A DNA stretch of 37,566 bases from Verrucomicrobiales bacterium. GTDB lineage: Bacteria > Verrucomicrobiota > Verrucomicrobiia > Verrucomicrobiales > V1-33. Location of the stretch: positions 1-37,566 of the forward strand of contig JANOAV010000129.1 of the NCBI GenBank assembly GCA_031411295.1, read 5' to 3'. The translations under genes were made by a program, and so were the position numbers. How positions within the stretch are numbered: the stretch's first letter is position 1; each line of letters opens with the position of its first letter. Positions 17,287-27,136 of this stretch are shown piece by piece. Under the pieces are notes generated by a model, which worked only from the letters and a program-made list of their open reading frames with translations, searched no databases and was not told the DNA's origin.

Positions 17287-19359
17287 CTAGGGCACATACC
17301 GCCGCAGATCCCACCAAGGCAACCTTCTTGGACCAGGCTGGGGCCGCATCAGTTCGTCATCGTTTCTTGGATCTACTTGCGGCCGCATCGGCCCCAGATG
17401 AGGGTCGTTTGGCTGTGGCTGGTGACTCGGTGCGTTTGGGGGATTTTTTTTTTCTTGTCCCAAGTCCTGACCGCCAGGATTCATCCGCGGAGGAACGACT
17501 GTGGAGGCTGTCTCCTCCACTAGCACAAGTCGAAAACCACGATACTCCGCAGGATCAAGCTGATTAATTGGGTTCCGTGCATCGATCTTGAGGAATCGCG
17601 GTTGATTGGGTGTGAGTCGAGGAGGCTCGGACGATTTATAGCTGCCGCCCATGACATGGCAGTGGTTGGCCTCGTCCCCCAAGACGATTTCCTCAACATT
17701 GCCACACATATCCCGCAGGCCGAATGAGGTGGTGAAATCCTGCGTTGCAGACACCACGTTCAAACCACTATTGGCGATATTTCCAAAGTTTCCGGGACGC
17801 TTCGGATCGTTCCCCCAAATATAATTCAGCTTCTTTTCACCTCCCTGCGCAGCATGCAACCACTCCCGTATATTCGGCAGGCGATACCGCCACGACTTAG
17901 GGATGCGATCAGTGTCATGCTCTCGCTTCGTGAGTTCTCCAGCAAAGGCCTCCGCCTCACCGATGGTAATGAGGTTCTTTGGCATGTTCGCATTGGGCTC
18001 CTTCTCTTTCGTGTTATAGAAATACTGATTGTTAGTCGTCTCCGTCTCCGCGAACAACAACTTCTTCCCGGGATAGTTCACGGGGAAAAATTTCATATTC
18101 AAGCCATTAACGAATGGTCGGTCCGCAGCAGCCGAGTCCGGAGTGATGACGGCGGTGGTGGTCTGCTCAGGAGGGGTTGGCGTGCCGGTTGGCGGGTTGG
18201 CAACGATTGCGTTCACCGCACCATCTGGCGCTGGGTCCGTCTTGTGCGGTGGCTCCTTCGTGGGGGAGGTCGGATTTGCTTCCTGGGCATGCTTGTCCTT
18301 TGGCGAGACTGCCTTTTTTGGTGGCACAGGGACTACTTTGTCCTGTTCGATCTCGACGAGCCTCGCATCTTGGATGGGATCCATCTTTGGCGGATCCGCT
18401 GGTGGCCTGCTGAGATAATACGCCAAACCAGCAGTGATCAGGAGCGCCAAACCAGCCAACATGATGAAGGCTGGCAGGAAACCAATGCGTTTCCCTCCGG
18501 GCGCTGGAGCTGCTAGGGCCGAAGCGGCTGCGGCATCACGCGAAGGATACGCCAGCACGGCAGCAGTGACGTTGTCCCCCTTGGGGCCATTTTGCTGAAC
18601 GGCTCGCCTGATGGCTTGTTGCAGCGCGGCATTAAGCTGGTCAGGACGGGTGCTCAGCACGGTAGCCATGATTTCGATGGGAGTGCGTTCCCAGAATCCA
18701 TCGGTGCACAGGAGGAACGCGTCCTGCTCCGTCACGGGACTGCTGCCGTAAGAGGGATCGCGATAGTCCTGCGTGCCTAACGATTGCAGCAGCCTTCCTT
18801 GGTCTGGGTGGGTGCCCATATCTTTTTCGGCCACCTCACCCTGGTCCACGAGGATTTGCACCACTGAATGATCCCTCGTGCGGCTTTGTAATTTTCCAGC
18901 CCGGAAACGGTAGAGTCGGCTGTCCCCTGAATGGATCCAATGCGCTTCGGTGCCGTTCACATAGAGCGCCACGATGGTGGCCGCAGGCGGACGCTTCTCA
19001 CCTTCGGAAGACAAGTCCTTGATGCGGTCGTGGGCTACCTTGGCCAACCGCATGAGATCACCTTTGGGGTCTTGGAACACCCCGCCGCGCACGTTCCAAA
19101 GTTCCTCGGCGGATTTGATGACCAGCTTGGAGGCCTCGCCACCACTGCGACTGCCGCCCACGCCATCGCAGACGATGAGGAAATAGTTCCCAGTGGCCGG
19201 ATTGAAAAATTTATCCGCCGCATCCTGTTGCTCGGAGCGAGCCCCGATATCGCTGCTGAGCGCGGAGGGACGCAACCAGTTGGCGGTGGGAAACGCTCCG
19301 GAAGCAGGCCGGCCCATGCGGGTCGAAGGGGTGCCGTTGGGGAAAGAGGACGAGTTCAT
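17287..19359 (-). CDS. PP2C/PPM phosphatase + TM + FGE-sulfatase-like domain
   Basis: RSEQQD, VCDGVGG, HSGDSRLY, TRDHS, LCTDGFW, GDNVT; TM FIMLAGLALLITAGLAYYL; RYRLPNIREW, DMCGNVEE, MGGSY, GFRLVL. Confidence 0.92.
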   Translation of the reverse strand: MNSSSFPNGTPSTRMGRPASGAFPTANWLRPSALSSDIGARSEQQDAADKFFNPATGNYFLIVCDGVGGSRSGGEASKLVIKSAEELWNVRGGVFQDPKGDLMRLAKVAHDRIKDLSSEGEKRPPAATIVALYVNGTEAHWIHSGDSRLYRFRAGKLQSRTRDHSVVQILVDQGEVAEKDMGTHPDQGRLLQSLGTQDYRDPSYGSSPVTEQDAFLLCTDGFWERTPIEIMATVLSTRPDQLNAALQQAIRRAVQQNGPKGDNVTAAVLAYPSRDAAAASALAAPAPGGKRIGFLPAFIMLAGLALLITAGLAYYLSRPPADPPKMDPIQDARLVEIEQDKVVPVPPKKAVSPKDKHAQEANPTSPTKEPPHKTDPAPDGAVNAIVANPPTGTPTPPEQTTTAVITPDSAAADRPFVNGLNMKFFPVNYPGKKLLFAETETTNNQYFYNTKEKEPNANMPKNLITIGEAEAFAGELTKREHDTDRIPKSWRYRLPNIREWLHAAQGGEKKLNYIWGNDPKRPGNFGNIANSGLNVVSATQDFTTSFGLRDMCGNVEEIVLGDEANHCHVMGGSYKSSEPPRLTPNQPRFLKIDARNPINQLDPAEYRGFRLVLVEETASTVVPPRMNPGGQDLGQEKKNPPNAPSHQPQPNDPHLGPMRPQVDPRNDDELMRPQPGPRRLPWWDLRRYVP

Positions 19360-19401
19360 GGCTTTATGATGGCTGGTGGGAAAGAAGGGGGAGGAGGAGA
19401 A

Positions 19402-21339
19402 TTATTTGTGCAGCAGAATGACGAGAGCTGAGTTATCAATCTCGGGAAACACATCCACGACGGGAGTCTCACTCTGAATCGTCGTAATGGTGGCGGCAGA
19501 GACAGGTATGAGAATGACATGTTCGGGCGCGATCTTTAAAATTTCGTCCCTCGTTGTGGAGGTTTCATACATGCGGAAGGAGGTATCTTCCACATCCCGG
19601 TGCTGCCGCGTCTCGAAGAGCACGCGATCGCGATGGACGATGCGTTTGATGACATTGGCGTGGGTGTTGCTGGTGTCGGAAATAGGATTCCCGCGTTCAT
19701 CCGTATGATCCTCTTTGGAAAACCGGCAACGATAGCCCGGTGCTTTGGCAGTGACAATCCGATGCGAAATATTGCGCTGCGTGGTGCTGGCAGCATGGAT
19801 GGTCAGGATGCGGATCTCCATCCCCAGAGACCAAGTGCCCATTTTGTCCGTGCGCTCGTAAGTGAAGATCTGCTGAATTTCCGCCTCGTCCTCCTTTTTG
19901 TTATAATTCATTAAATTGCAGGCCAGACTTACAAACAGACTGGCGCGGAATTTTTCGTTATCCGCCTTCTCACTCTGCACTAAGGCCGCCCGGGAGAGCG
20001 TTTTATTGTCTCCCGGTTTGCCTGAATTATTAATCGTCACCGTGGGCGCATATTTGTCCGGGTTAGTTCCCTGATCCACTTCCAGCTCTTGCTCCGCAAA
20101 AGCGGTGAGAGCCTCCAACAATGGATTAGACGCAGTCGGGCTGACATTATTCGGAGGGTTGGGACTCGGTGCTGGCTCTGGCTCCTGAGGATCGTTGGCG
20201 GGATCAGCCGATTGCTGTCGACGCAGCCACTCGTCTTTGGCAGCACGGGAGCGCTCCATAATCGCAGCCACGGAATTGGGATCCGTCGCCTGCTCCTGGC
20301 TGGTCGGTTGATCCAACCAGAACACCACGCCCAAGGCGCTCAGACAGGCTAAGACGCAGAAGACCAGACCAATCACCGCCCACTTGGGAGCACCTGCCGT
20401 AGCTTGGGAGCCCGTGGTCGTTTTATTCGTGGACGAGGTTTGCCCGGTGCGGCCAGTCTTGGCCATCAGGGTCTGTCGCCACTGGCTGACACTCTGTGGC
20501 CGATGCTCTGGACGGAAGGCCATGGCCGCATCAATGCCCCTAAGGAATTCCTTGGAGTAATAGCGACCATGCGTTTGCGCCACCGCCACATAGGTATCAG
20601 TAGGGCTGCGATCAATGGCTTTCGGCGGCGGTTTGCCGGTGATGGCACGGACGAGCGTGGCCGCAGCGGAATAGATATCAGAAGCCGCGGTAATGGGAGT
20701 GTTCGTCTGATATTGCTCGAACGGGGAATAGCCGTCCGTGTAAGGTCGGATGGTCGTAAAGGTGGAAGCGGCCTTGTTATCCGGGCGGGCGGCACCAAAG
20801 TCCAACAGAATGACGCGCCCTCCGCTCGTTAGGTAAATGTTACTCGGCTTGATGTCTCGATGAAGGATCCCGTGGCGATGGATACACTCTAACCCATCCA
20901 AGACCTGTTGCATGATATGACGGAGTTGGGCCTCGGTGGGAGCACGCGGCAGCCGCTTCAGGAAATGATCCAACGGCTCGCCATCAACATAATCCATCAC
21001 GATGTAGGCGGTCTGATTTGCTTCGAGCAGAGTATTGACGCGGACGATGTTATCATGCTGGAAGCTGGCAAGGATGCGCGCCTCCTCTTTGAATTTCTGC
21101 AAAGCCCATTGCCACAAGCGCTGGGTCTCGGCATCGCCATTGACTGGAATCACTTTGGTGCCACTGCGCTGCACAATACTCTCGGGGAACAATTCCTTGA
21201 TCGCAACCCGCTTTCCAATCGTGGTATTCACTGCGAGATACGTAAACGCAAAGCCTCCTCGTCCCAACGGACGTTCCAAACGGTAACCCTGAAGAAGGGT
21301 GCCGTTGGGCAATGCGGGTTGGCTGGGGGCTGAGGACAT
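19402..21339 (-). CDS. Ser/Thr protein kinase (K3) + TM + unknown extracytoplasmic domain
   Basis: [58 protein letters not shown]. Confidence 0.93.
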   Translation of the reverse strand: MSSAPSQPALPNGTLLQGYRLERPLGRGGFAFTYLAVNTTIGKRVAIKELFPESIVQRSGTKVIPVNGDAETQRLWQWALQKFKEEARILASFQHDNIVRVNTLLEANQTAYIVMDYVDGEPLDHFLKRLPRAPTEAQLRHIMQQVLDGLECIHRHGILHRDIKPSNIYLTSGGRVILLDFGAARPDNKAASTFTTIRPYTDGYSPFEQYQTNTPITAASDIYSAAATLVRAITGKPPPKAIDRSPTDTYVAVAQTHGRYYSKEFLRGIDAAMAFRPEHRPQSVSQWRQTLMAKTGRTGQTSSTNKTTTGSQATAGAPKWAVIGLVFCVLACLSALGVVFWLDQPTSQEQATDPNSVAAIMERSRAAKDEWLRRQQSADPANDPQEPEPAPSPNPPNNVSPTASNPLLEALTAFAEQELEVDQGTNPDKYAPTVTINNSGKPGDNKTLSRAALVQSEKADNEKFRASLFVSLACNLMNYNKKEDEAEIQQIFTYERTDKMGTWSLGMEIRILTIHAASTTQRNISHRIVTAKAPGYRCRFSKEDHTDERGNPISDTSNTHANVIKRIVHRDRVLFETRQHRDVEDTSFRMYETSTTRDEILKIAPEHVILIPVSAATITTIQSETPVVDVFPEIDNSALVILLHK

Positions 21340-21340
21340 G

Positions 21341-23641
21341 TTATTCTTTGTAAGGTCGCACGATCACCACGAAATTTCCGCGTTTTCCCTGCGGCAATTC
21401 CGAGACGCGATAAACGTAAAGGGTGCCACCACTGGCGGTGGTCGTCTGGATCTTATCCTTCGGCAGAAAGATCATGTCGGCATCCGCGTAGCCGGAAAAC
21501 TGTGAACTGCGACTGCGCAGAGCTTGGAAGATGGATTCCTTGGCGTAAGTGCTAAAGGCACTCGAGCTGAATGACATCTTCAGCCCGGAACGGTTGCGCT
21601 CCAGCGCCTCCAGTTTGTAGATTTTCGGCTGGGTGCTGACGTTCTTGAGATGGGCAATGCGGGTGCACCAATCATGCGATTCCACCCCAGCCTTGCTCAG
21701 GCGACGGAAGAAGAAAAATTGCTTCGCGCGCACGGTATCTTGAGTGCTGTCATAGCTCCCTTTGACGAGTTCGACCCAATACGAAATGAATCCGCTATGG
21801 TCTTTGACAAACTTGGAATTATCCGTGGCCTCGTTCGCACAGTGGTCGCGCGCCCACATGGTCGTGCCCTCCACGATTACGGTCTCCGCATAATTGCTAG
21901 TATTAGCACCTTCGGCTACTTGGAGATCGTTCTCCAGCACGTCCGCCACCTTGTCCTCATATTTCCGTTTAATGCCTTCCCAGGGATCTTCCTTCACCTC
22001 GATCCGACGGGTCTCAGAAGCGGAGCCAAATTCGTTCTCCGCCAGCAGGGTGTATTGAATGGGCCCAGCCTTATCTGCGAGCGTGTAAACTGTCTTCTCA
22101 CTCTCATAAGTCTGTTGATTGAGTTTGACGCTGGTGGTGTGCTTCACGGACCATTTTAGTTCGCCCTGCGCTCCGCCCAAGATGATACTGGAGGGCGCGG
22201 TGAAATAAGTAATCACCGGTGCCGCGCCCACCCGCAGGATAACCTCCTTGCTGTCCCATCCACCCTCATTTCTGGCGGTTAGCGTATAGGTGGTAGTGCT
22301 ACTGGGGGCCTTGATCTCAACCCAGCCCCCGGTCACCACCCCCACGTTAGGAGAAATGGTAACCGTCTCCGCACGGGAGACGTCCCAACGAAATTTTACC
22401 GATGCGGCAGGTGCGACCGTAGTGTCATCTGCCGAAAATTGTGTAACCACCGGTGGGGCAGGCTTGGGCTTGGGAGTGGACGGCTCCGGTTTGATTTCCG
22501 GTTCTTTTGCTTGAGCTGGGGTGACCGCGGCCACCGCATTGACAGGCGTTCCCGTTCGCTTGGTCTCGCTGTTTCCCTGATGCACAATTTCATTCGACTT
22601 CGCAATGAGTGCCCACGCGATCAAACTGGCCGAGACGCCGATCAGTCCAGCGATGGCGGCCACCATGCTCCGAGTCGAAAAACGTTTGGGCTCAGGTGGC
22701 AGCGCAGGCGGACGCGACTCGTTTACTCCTGCATCCCAGACCCTTTCCTGCTGCGGCAACGGTGGCACCGTTCCGCTGAGAAGTTCACGCCAAGCGGCCA
22801 CGCTGGGCGGACGATCCTTGGGGCGCAAGCCCAGACCTTTGTCGATAGCCGCCAGCAGGCTGGCGCTGTAGCGTCCGGGATATCGCGTCGTTAACGGAAC
22901 CCATTCATCCTCCATGATTCGATCCGTGGCGATGGGAGGCCGCTGGCCTGAGAGCGCCCGCACCATCGTGGCGGCAGCACTGTAAATGTCAGAGGTGGGC
23001 CCTAATTTACCCGTGCTCTGATACTGCTCAAAGGGGGAATATCCCGGCACAATCAACTGGGTGATGGCAGTGGTTTTCTCCGAATGGTCCGGCCGGGCGG
23101 CACCAAAATCCAACAGAATAATGCGCCCATCATCGGTCACATAAATGTTTTCCGGCTTGATGTCCCGATGCACCAAATGCTGCTGGTGCACGGCCTGCAG
23201 GCCATCCATGATCTGCCCAAAAATCCGTCGCAGTTCCGCCTCCGGCGGGAAGGGCCCCAGCTGCTTCAGGTAACTTTCCAAGCTCTGCCCATCCAGGAAT
23301 TCCATGACAATGTAGGCGGTGCCATTTGCTTCCAGCAAACGATGCACCTGCACAATGTTAGGATGCTTGAAATTTGCCAGCGTGCGCGCCTCCCGCTTGA
23401 AGGCGTCCAATGCCCACTCCCACAGATCCGCAGTCTCCTGACTCTGCGGCACCACCCGACCATTCATTCGCACCGCAATCCCATCAGGGAGCAACTCCTT
23501 AATCGCCACGTGCTTCAACAGCGATTGATCGAATGCCAGATAGGTTATGCCAAAGCCACCTTTGTTCCCCAGCATGTGCTCGATGCGATAGTTATCGAGC
23601 ACATAGCCTGCGGGCAAAGCCATTTGGTGAGAGTTATTCAT
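21341..23641 (-). CDS. Ser/Thr protein kinase (K2) + TM + two Ig/PKD-like repeats + unknown domain
   Basis: [32 protein letters not shown]; two P.[VI]T.F.A.......W.V.....YTL.A.NE.G repeats. Confidence 0.93.
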   Translation of the reverse strand: MNNSHQMALPAGYVLDNYRIEHMLGNKGGFGITYLAFDQSLLKHVAIKELLPDGIAVRMNGRVVPQSQETADLWEWALDAFKREARTLANFKHPNIVQVHRLLEANGTAYIVMEFLDGQSLESYLKQLGPFPPEAELRRIFGQIMDGLQAVHQQHLVHRDIKPENIYVTDDGRIILLDFGAARPDHSEKTTAITQLIVPGYSPFEQYQSTGKLGPTSDIYSAAATMVRALSGQRPPIATDRIMEDEWVPLTTRYPGRYSASLLAAIDKGLGLRPKDRPPSVAAWRELLSGTVPPLPQQERVWDAGVNESRPPALPPEPKRFSTRSMVAAIAGLIGVSASLIAWALIAKSNEIVHQGNSETKRTGTPVNAVAAVTPAQAKEPEIKPEPSTPKPKPAPPVVTQFSADDTTVAPAASVKFRWDVSRAETVTISPNVGVVTGGWVEIKAPSSTTTYTLTARNEGGWDSKEVILRVGAAPVITYFTAPSSIILGGAQGELKWSVKHTTSVKLNQQTYESEKTVYTLADKAGPIQYTLLAENEFGSASETRRIEVKEDPWEGIKRKYEDKVADVLENDLQVAEGANTSNYAETVIVEGTTMWARDHCANEATDNSKFVKDHSGFISYWVELVKGSYDSTQDTVRAKQFFFFRRLSKAGVESHDWCTRIAHLKNVSTQPKIYKLEALERNRSGLKMSFSSSAFSTYAKESIFQALRSRSSQFSGYADADMIFLPKDKIQTTTASGGTLYVYRVSELPQGKRGNFVVIVRPYKE

Positions 23642-23662
23642 GACAGCGAATACGTGCTTTCA

Positions 23663-24802
23663 TCAGCGGTTGAGCAGCCAAACCAGGAGGAAGATGACGA
23701 AGGTTAGTAAAAGAAATCCCCCGAGGGCGAGCACGAGGAAATTGGCCGAACCGGGGGCGGTTCGGGGTGAATTCACTGGCGGCGGCAGTGGGGGCGGGGG
23801 CGACGGCAAGGGCGGAGGCGGTTCCGGCAACGGCGGCGGACTGTATTGCGAACGCCCATTGGAAGGGGGCGCGGGAAGGCGCGTTTCCACTGGGGGCGCA
23901 GATCTCGTCGCTCGCGGCAGGGCCTGGCGCCATTCTTCGATCGTTTGGGGGCGCAAGTGCGACTGCGGCCGCAACGCCCAATCGATGGCTTGCAAAAACT
24001 GTGGAGAGTAGTGCCGACTATAGCGATCAACCAACGGGATGTATTTGTCATCCCCATCGGCCCGGTCTGGCGCTTCCGGTGGGGGTTCACCTGCGATGGC
24101 CCGATGCATGACCGCGGCCAGGGAATAGATATCGGTGTAGGGCCCCTGCTTCTTGGTGCTGCTGTATTGCTCAAAGGGAGCATACTTGGGAGTAAGGATC
24201 ATGCTGATCGGCCGACTGCGACTACCGATCACCTGACGCGCCGCACCGAAGTCGATGAGCAGTGGCTCCCCCTTGGCGGTAACGAGAATGTTTTCCGGCT
24301 TGATATCCCGATGCAGAAAACCCTTGGCATGGACACACACCAAGCCGTCGAGCACCGGATGGAGCAGGCGCATCAGATCCTGCTCCGACGGGCTCTCCCC
24401 AGCCTGGCGTAGTTTCTTGAGATAGCGTTCGTAGTCACTGCCATCCTCGTAGGGCATGACCATGTAATTGGTGCCGTTGCCACCGAAGAAATCCAAAATC
24501 TTCACCACGTTAGGATGATTCACTTCATGCAGGATCGTCGCCTCCCGCATGAAGTCAGCGCGGCACTTTTCCAGGATGGCCTCATTTTCTGCCACCAGAG
24601 GAATGATGTGCATGGTCCGCGGAGCCCGGGTGGCGAAGTCCACCGGCAGCAATTCCTTGATCACGCAGGGCGCTTTAAACCGATGGGAGTAGGATTGATA
24701 AGTCACTCCAAACGCCCCTTGGCCCAAGGTTCGATTGATCTCATAGTGATCCAGCACCGCTCCGGGAGGGAGCGCCAGGGCCACATTGAGATCAGATGAC
24801 AT
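23663..24802 (-). CDS. Ser/Thr protein kinase (K1) + poly-Pro linker + C-terminal TM anchor
   Basis: [33 protein letters not shown]; ends FLVLALGGFLLLTFVIFLLVWLLNR. Confidence 0.93.
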   Translation of the reverse strand: MSSDLNVALALPPGAVLDHYEINRTLGQGAFGVTYQSYSHRFKAPCVIKELLPVDFATRAPRTMHIIPLVAENEAILEKCRADFMREATILHEVNHPNVVKILDFFGGNGTNYMVMPYEDGSDYERYLKKLRQAGESPSEQDLMRLLHPVLDGLVCVHAKGFLHRDIKPENILVTAKGEPLLIDFGAARQVIGSRSRPISMILTPKYAPFEQYSSTKKQGPYTDIYSLAAVMHRAIAGEPPPEAPDRADGDDKYIPLVDRYSRHYSPQFLQAIDWALRPQSHLRPQTIEEWRQALPRATRSAPPVETRLPAPPSNGRSQYSPPPLPEPPPPLPSPPPPLPPPVNSPRTAPGSANFLVLALGGFLLLTFVIFLLVWLLNR

Positions 24803-24838
24803 GGACATAAATGGAAGCGTGTGCAATGAACTTGAAGT

Positions 24839-26317
24839 TTAGAATCCTCTCCGAAGCTTGGCGGTAAGCTCCCCAAACTGAAGACTGTCGCCCTCACGAA
24901 TGGGCATCTCTTGGAAAGGACCAGGCAGAGCGCGTTGATTGAGCTTGGTGCCATTGGAGGAATTGCGATCGGCCACGGTCAAGCCGCCGTTGCGATGCTC
25001 AAATTGCAGGTGCTGCCGGGAGACGCTATCATGCCTGACTGCCAACTGACTGAACTCGGCACTGCGCCCAATGACCACCCGCCCACGGCCATCGCGAAAG
25101 TCATTATCGGTCATGCGTAAAATTTGCCTGAAGCCACTGGGTCCGCTGATATCGAGTTCCCAAATGAGTCCGTGATCACTGCCGCCACCACTGCCGCCAC
25201 GATGGGGCGCATCCACTAGATTCGTGGGATCATAGCCCCCACCCTGATGCGGCCTGGGGTCTGGCTTGTCCGCCCCCATTCGTCCCGCTACCGCCCGCAC
25301 CAATTCCGTCACACTGGGCTGCACGTCATGGTGATTCCGCCGACTCATCAAGTAGAGGCTCAAGCCCAACGCAATGGCCGCCAGCGCACCAGCGATGGAG
25401 ACGGTCACCATTTTCCACAACGGCATGCGATGCAGGTCGCCCGTGCTCATTTTCACGGTGGCATAACTCGCCTTGTTCGCTTCCAAAAGCGCGATCAATT
25501 CCTTGGACGAAATCGCCCAGTTGATTTTGTCAATGTCCGCCTGGTTTTGCTCACTGGTGGAAATCATACCCCGCCCCACCACGCCGACGACGTTTCCACC
25601 GTCGTCCACCAGCGGACCACCACTGTTGCCATGGCCAATGTTGAGATCATGATCGGCCACATACACCTGCGGCCAACCCTTGCCGAAAACTTGATTGGAG
25701 TAACGTCGAATGGTGCCGGAAGTGAAGGTGGCATTGACCCGATCCGCCGCTGCTTTGTTGTTTTCCAAATCACGGGTAATGTCCACGCCGTCTGCCTGCA
25801 GGCCAGGATCCGGTGGAGAGAGCTTCTGTTTCAGGGTCTGATAGTATTCCTTGTCCCCATCTCCCCCCTTGGCATCAGCGATGGCGGGATACCCGATGGA
25901 ATGGACCTTGGCGAGCTTGTCAGCATCCACCATGTTGACGGGCAGGCCATTCGCCTGAATGCTACTGGAGAGCAGGGCCAAATCCTGATGCTCCTCCTCC
26001 TTAATAACTTTGGCGGAATAAAGCAGCGTCTTGGTTCCCTTCTTGCGCATCAGCAGGACGTGGGTGGCGCCTTCCACGACATGGTGATTGGTCACGACAT
26101 GGCCTTTGGTCCCAACGAGAAATCCTGAACCGCTGCCCGCCGACAGGAGATCCCCATTTTCAAAGCTCACCTTCCCTCCACGGAACTGGAAAGACATGAT
26201 CCGCACGCAGGATTCCTCCAGGTTTTGCGGGGAAAACTGCGCGCCGTCCTGCTTTTTACAACTGGCCACGCAGCTGGCCAGTAAACAAATTAGGAGGCGG
26301 TGAAGGAATTTTTTCAT
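24839..26317 (-). CDS. Trypsin-like serine protease (lipoprotein signal) + TM + C-terminal FHA
   Basis: LASC/VASC lipobox; GSGSGF, VTNHHVV, DLALL, GNSGGPL triad; TM; IGRS, VSRQH, SSNGTKLN. Confidence 0.92.
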   Translation of the reverse strand: MKKFLHRLLICLLASCVASCKKQDGAQFSPQNLEESCVRIMSFQFRGGKVSFENGDLLSAGSGSGFLVGTKGHVVTNHHVVEGATHVLLMRKKGTKTLLYSAKVIKEEEHQDLALLSSSIQANGLPVNMVDADKLAKVHSIGYPAIADAKGGDGDKEYYQTLKQKLSPPDPGLQADGVDITRDLENNKAAADRVNATFTSGTIRRYSNQVFGKGWPQVYVADHDLNIGHGNSGGPLVDDGGNVVGVVGRGMISTSEQNQADIDKINWAISSKELIALLEANKASYATVKMSTGDLHRMPLWKMVTVSIAGALAAIALGLSLYLMSRRNHHDVQPSVTELVRAVAGRMGADKPDPRPHQGGGYDPTNLVDAPHRGGSGGGSDHGLIWELDISGPSGFRQILRMTDNDFRDGRGRVVIGRSAEFSQLAVRHDSVSRQHLQFEHRNGGLTVADRNSSNGTKLNQRALPGPFQEMPIREGDSLQFGELTAKLRRGF

Positions 26318-26344
26318 GAGCTTCGAAGGGTGAAGAGAGTTAAA

Positions 26345-27136
26345 TTAAGCATCCGGCATGCCGATGAATTGGCCGCGATTTTGTTTCGCCAGATCCATGA
26401 GGAATTCTATTAAGAAAGGTTCTGCATTATAGCGACCGATGGCGATGCTGTGGATTTCTGACTTCCCCTGGTTCTGCTGGGTGGTGTCCCGCAAGATCTG
26501 ATCGGCCAATGCGCGACGCACCCCTTTGCCATCGGATGGAGCCCCATCTGTGATGAGGAAGATGGCCTCAGTTCCCTGCTGGAGAGCCGCCTTGAGGCCT
26601 TCGCCCGTAGGGGTGGTGCCGGCGGCTTGCGTCAGGATCGTTTGCACAAAACTTTTGGCCGCACTGCTTTCGACGGGACTAACTAACACCGGCCGATCTT
26701 GCCAAGTGGGCAGGCGGACGCCATTAGGGGCATGGAATCCGATGATCTGCAGGCTTTGCGTTGGCTTGAGCGCGTCGATGATGTCCTCACAAATTTTACG
26801 AATGCGGGGACGATAGTCTGTATCTTTCTTGTCCTCCGCCGCAATGCTGCCGGAGAGATCGACCAAGAGCGTCACCGAGTTTGCTTTGGTGACGATACCG
26901 AACAGGGCGAGCACCGAGGCATCCTTAACCTGCTTTTGCAGCGCTTCGTTGTCCTTTTGCAGTTCCTGCACCTTGGCCTGCACTTGGGCCAGCGCTTCCG
27001 GGCTGGGACGATCTTCCTTTTTTCGGAAGTAGGGAAAGAGCACAATGGAAATCACCATGAAGGCCCCCATGGCCGAACAGAAGAGATCAATGGCCGACAG
27101 GCTGAAGATATTGATTTCTCGGTTGATGCGTCTCAT
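26345..27136 (-). CDS. Membrane-anchored vWA protein with MotB/ExbD-like N-terminal Asp helix
   Basis: MRRINREINIFSLSAIDLFCSAMGAFMVISIVLFPYF; coiled coil; MIDAS residues VDLSGS, GTTPT, LITDG. Confidence 0.85.
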   Translation of the reverse strand: MRRINREINIFSLSAIDLFCSAMGAFMVISIVLFPYFRKKEDRPSPEALAQVQAKVQELQKDNEALQKQVKDASVLALFGIVTKANSVTLLVDLSGSIAAEDKKDTDYRPRIRKICEDIIDALKPTQSLQIIGFHAPNGVRLPTWQDRPVLVSPVESSAAKSFVQTILTQAAGTTPTGEGLKAALQQGTEAIFLITDGAPSDGKGVRRALADQILRDTTQQNQGKSEIHSIAIGRYNAEPFLIEFLMDLAKQNRGQFIGMPDA

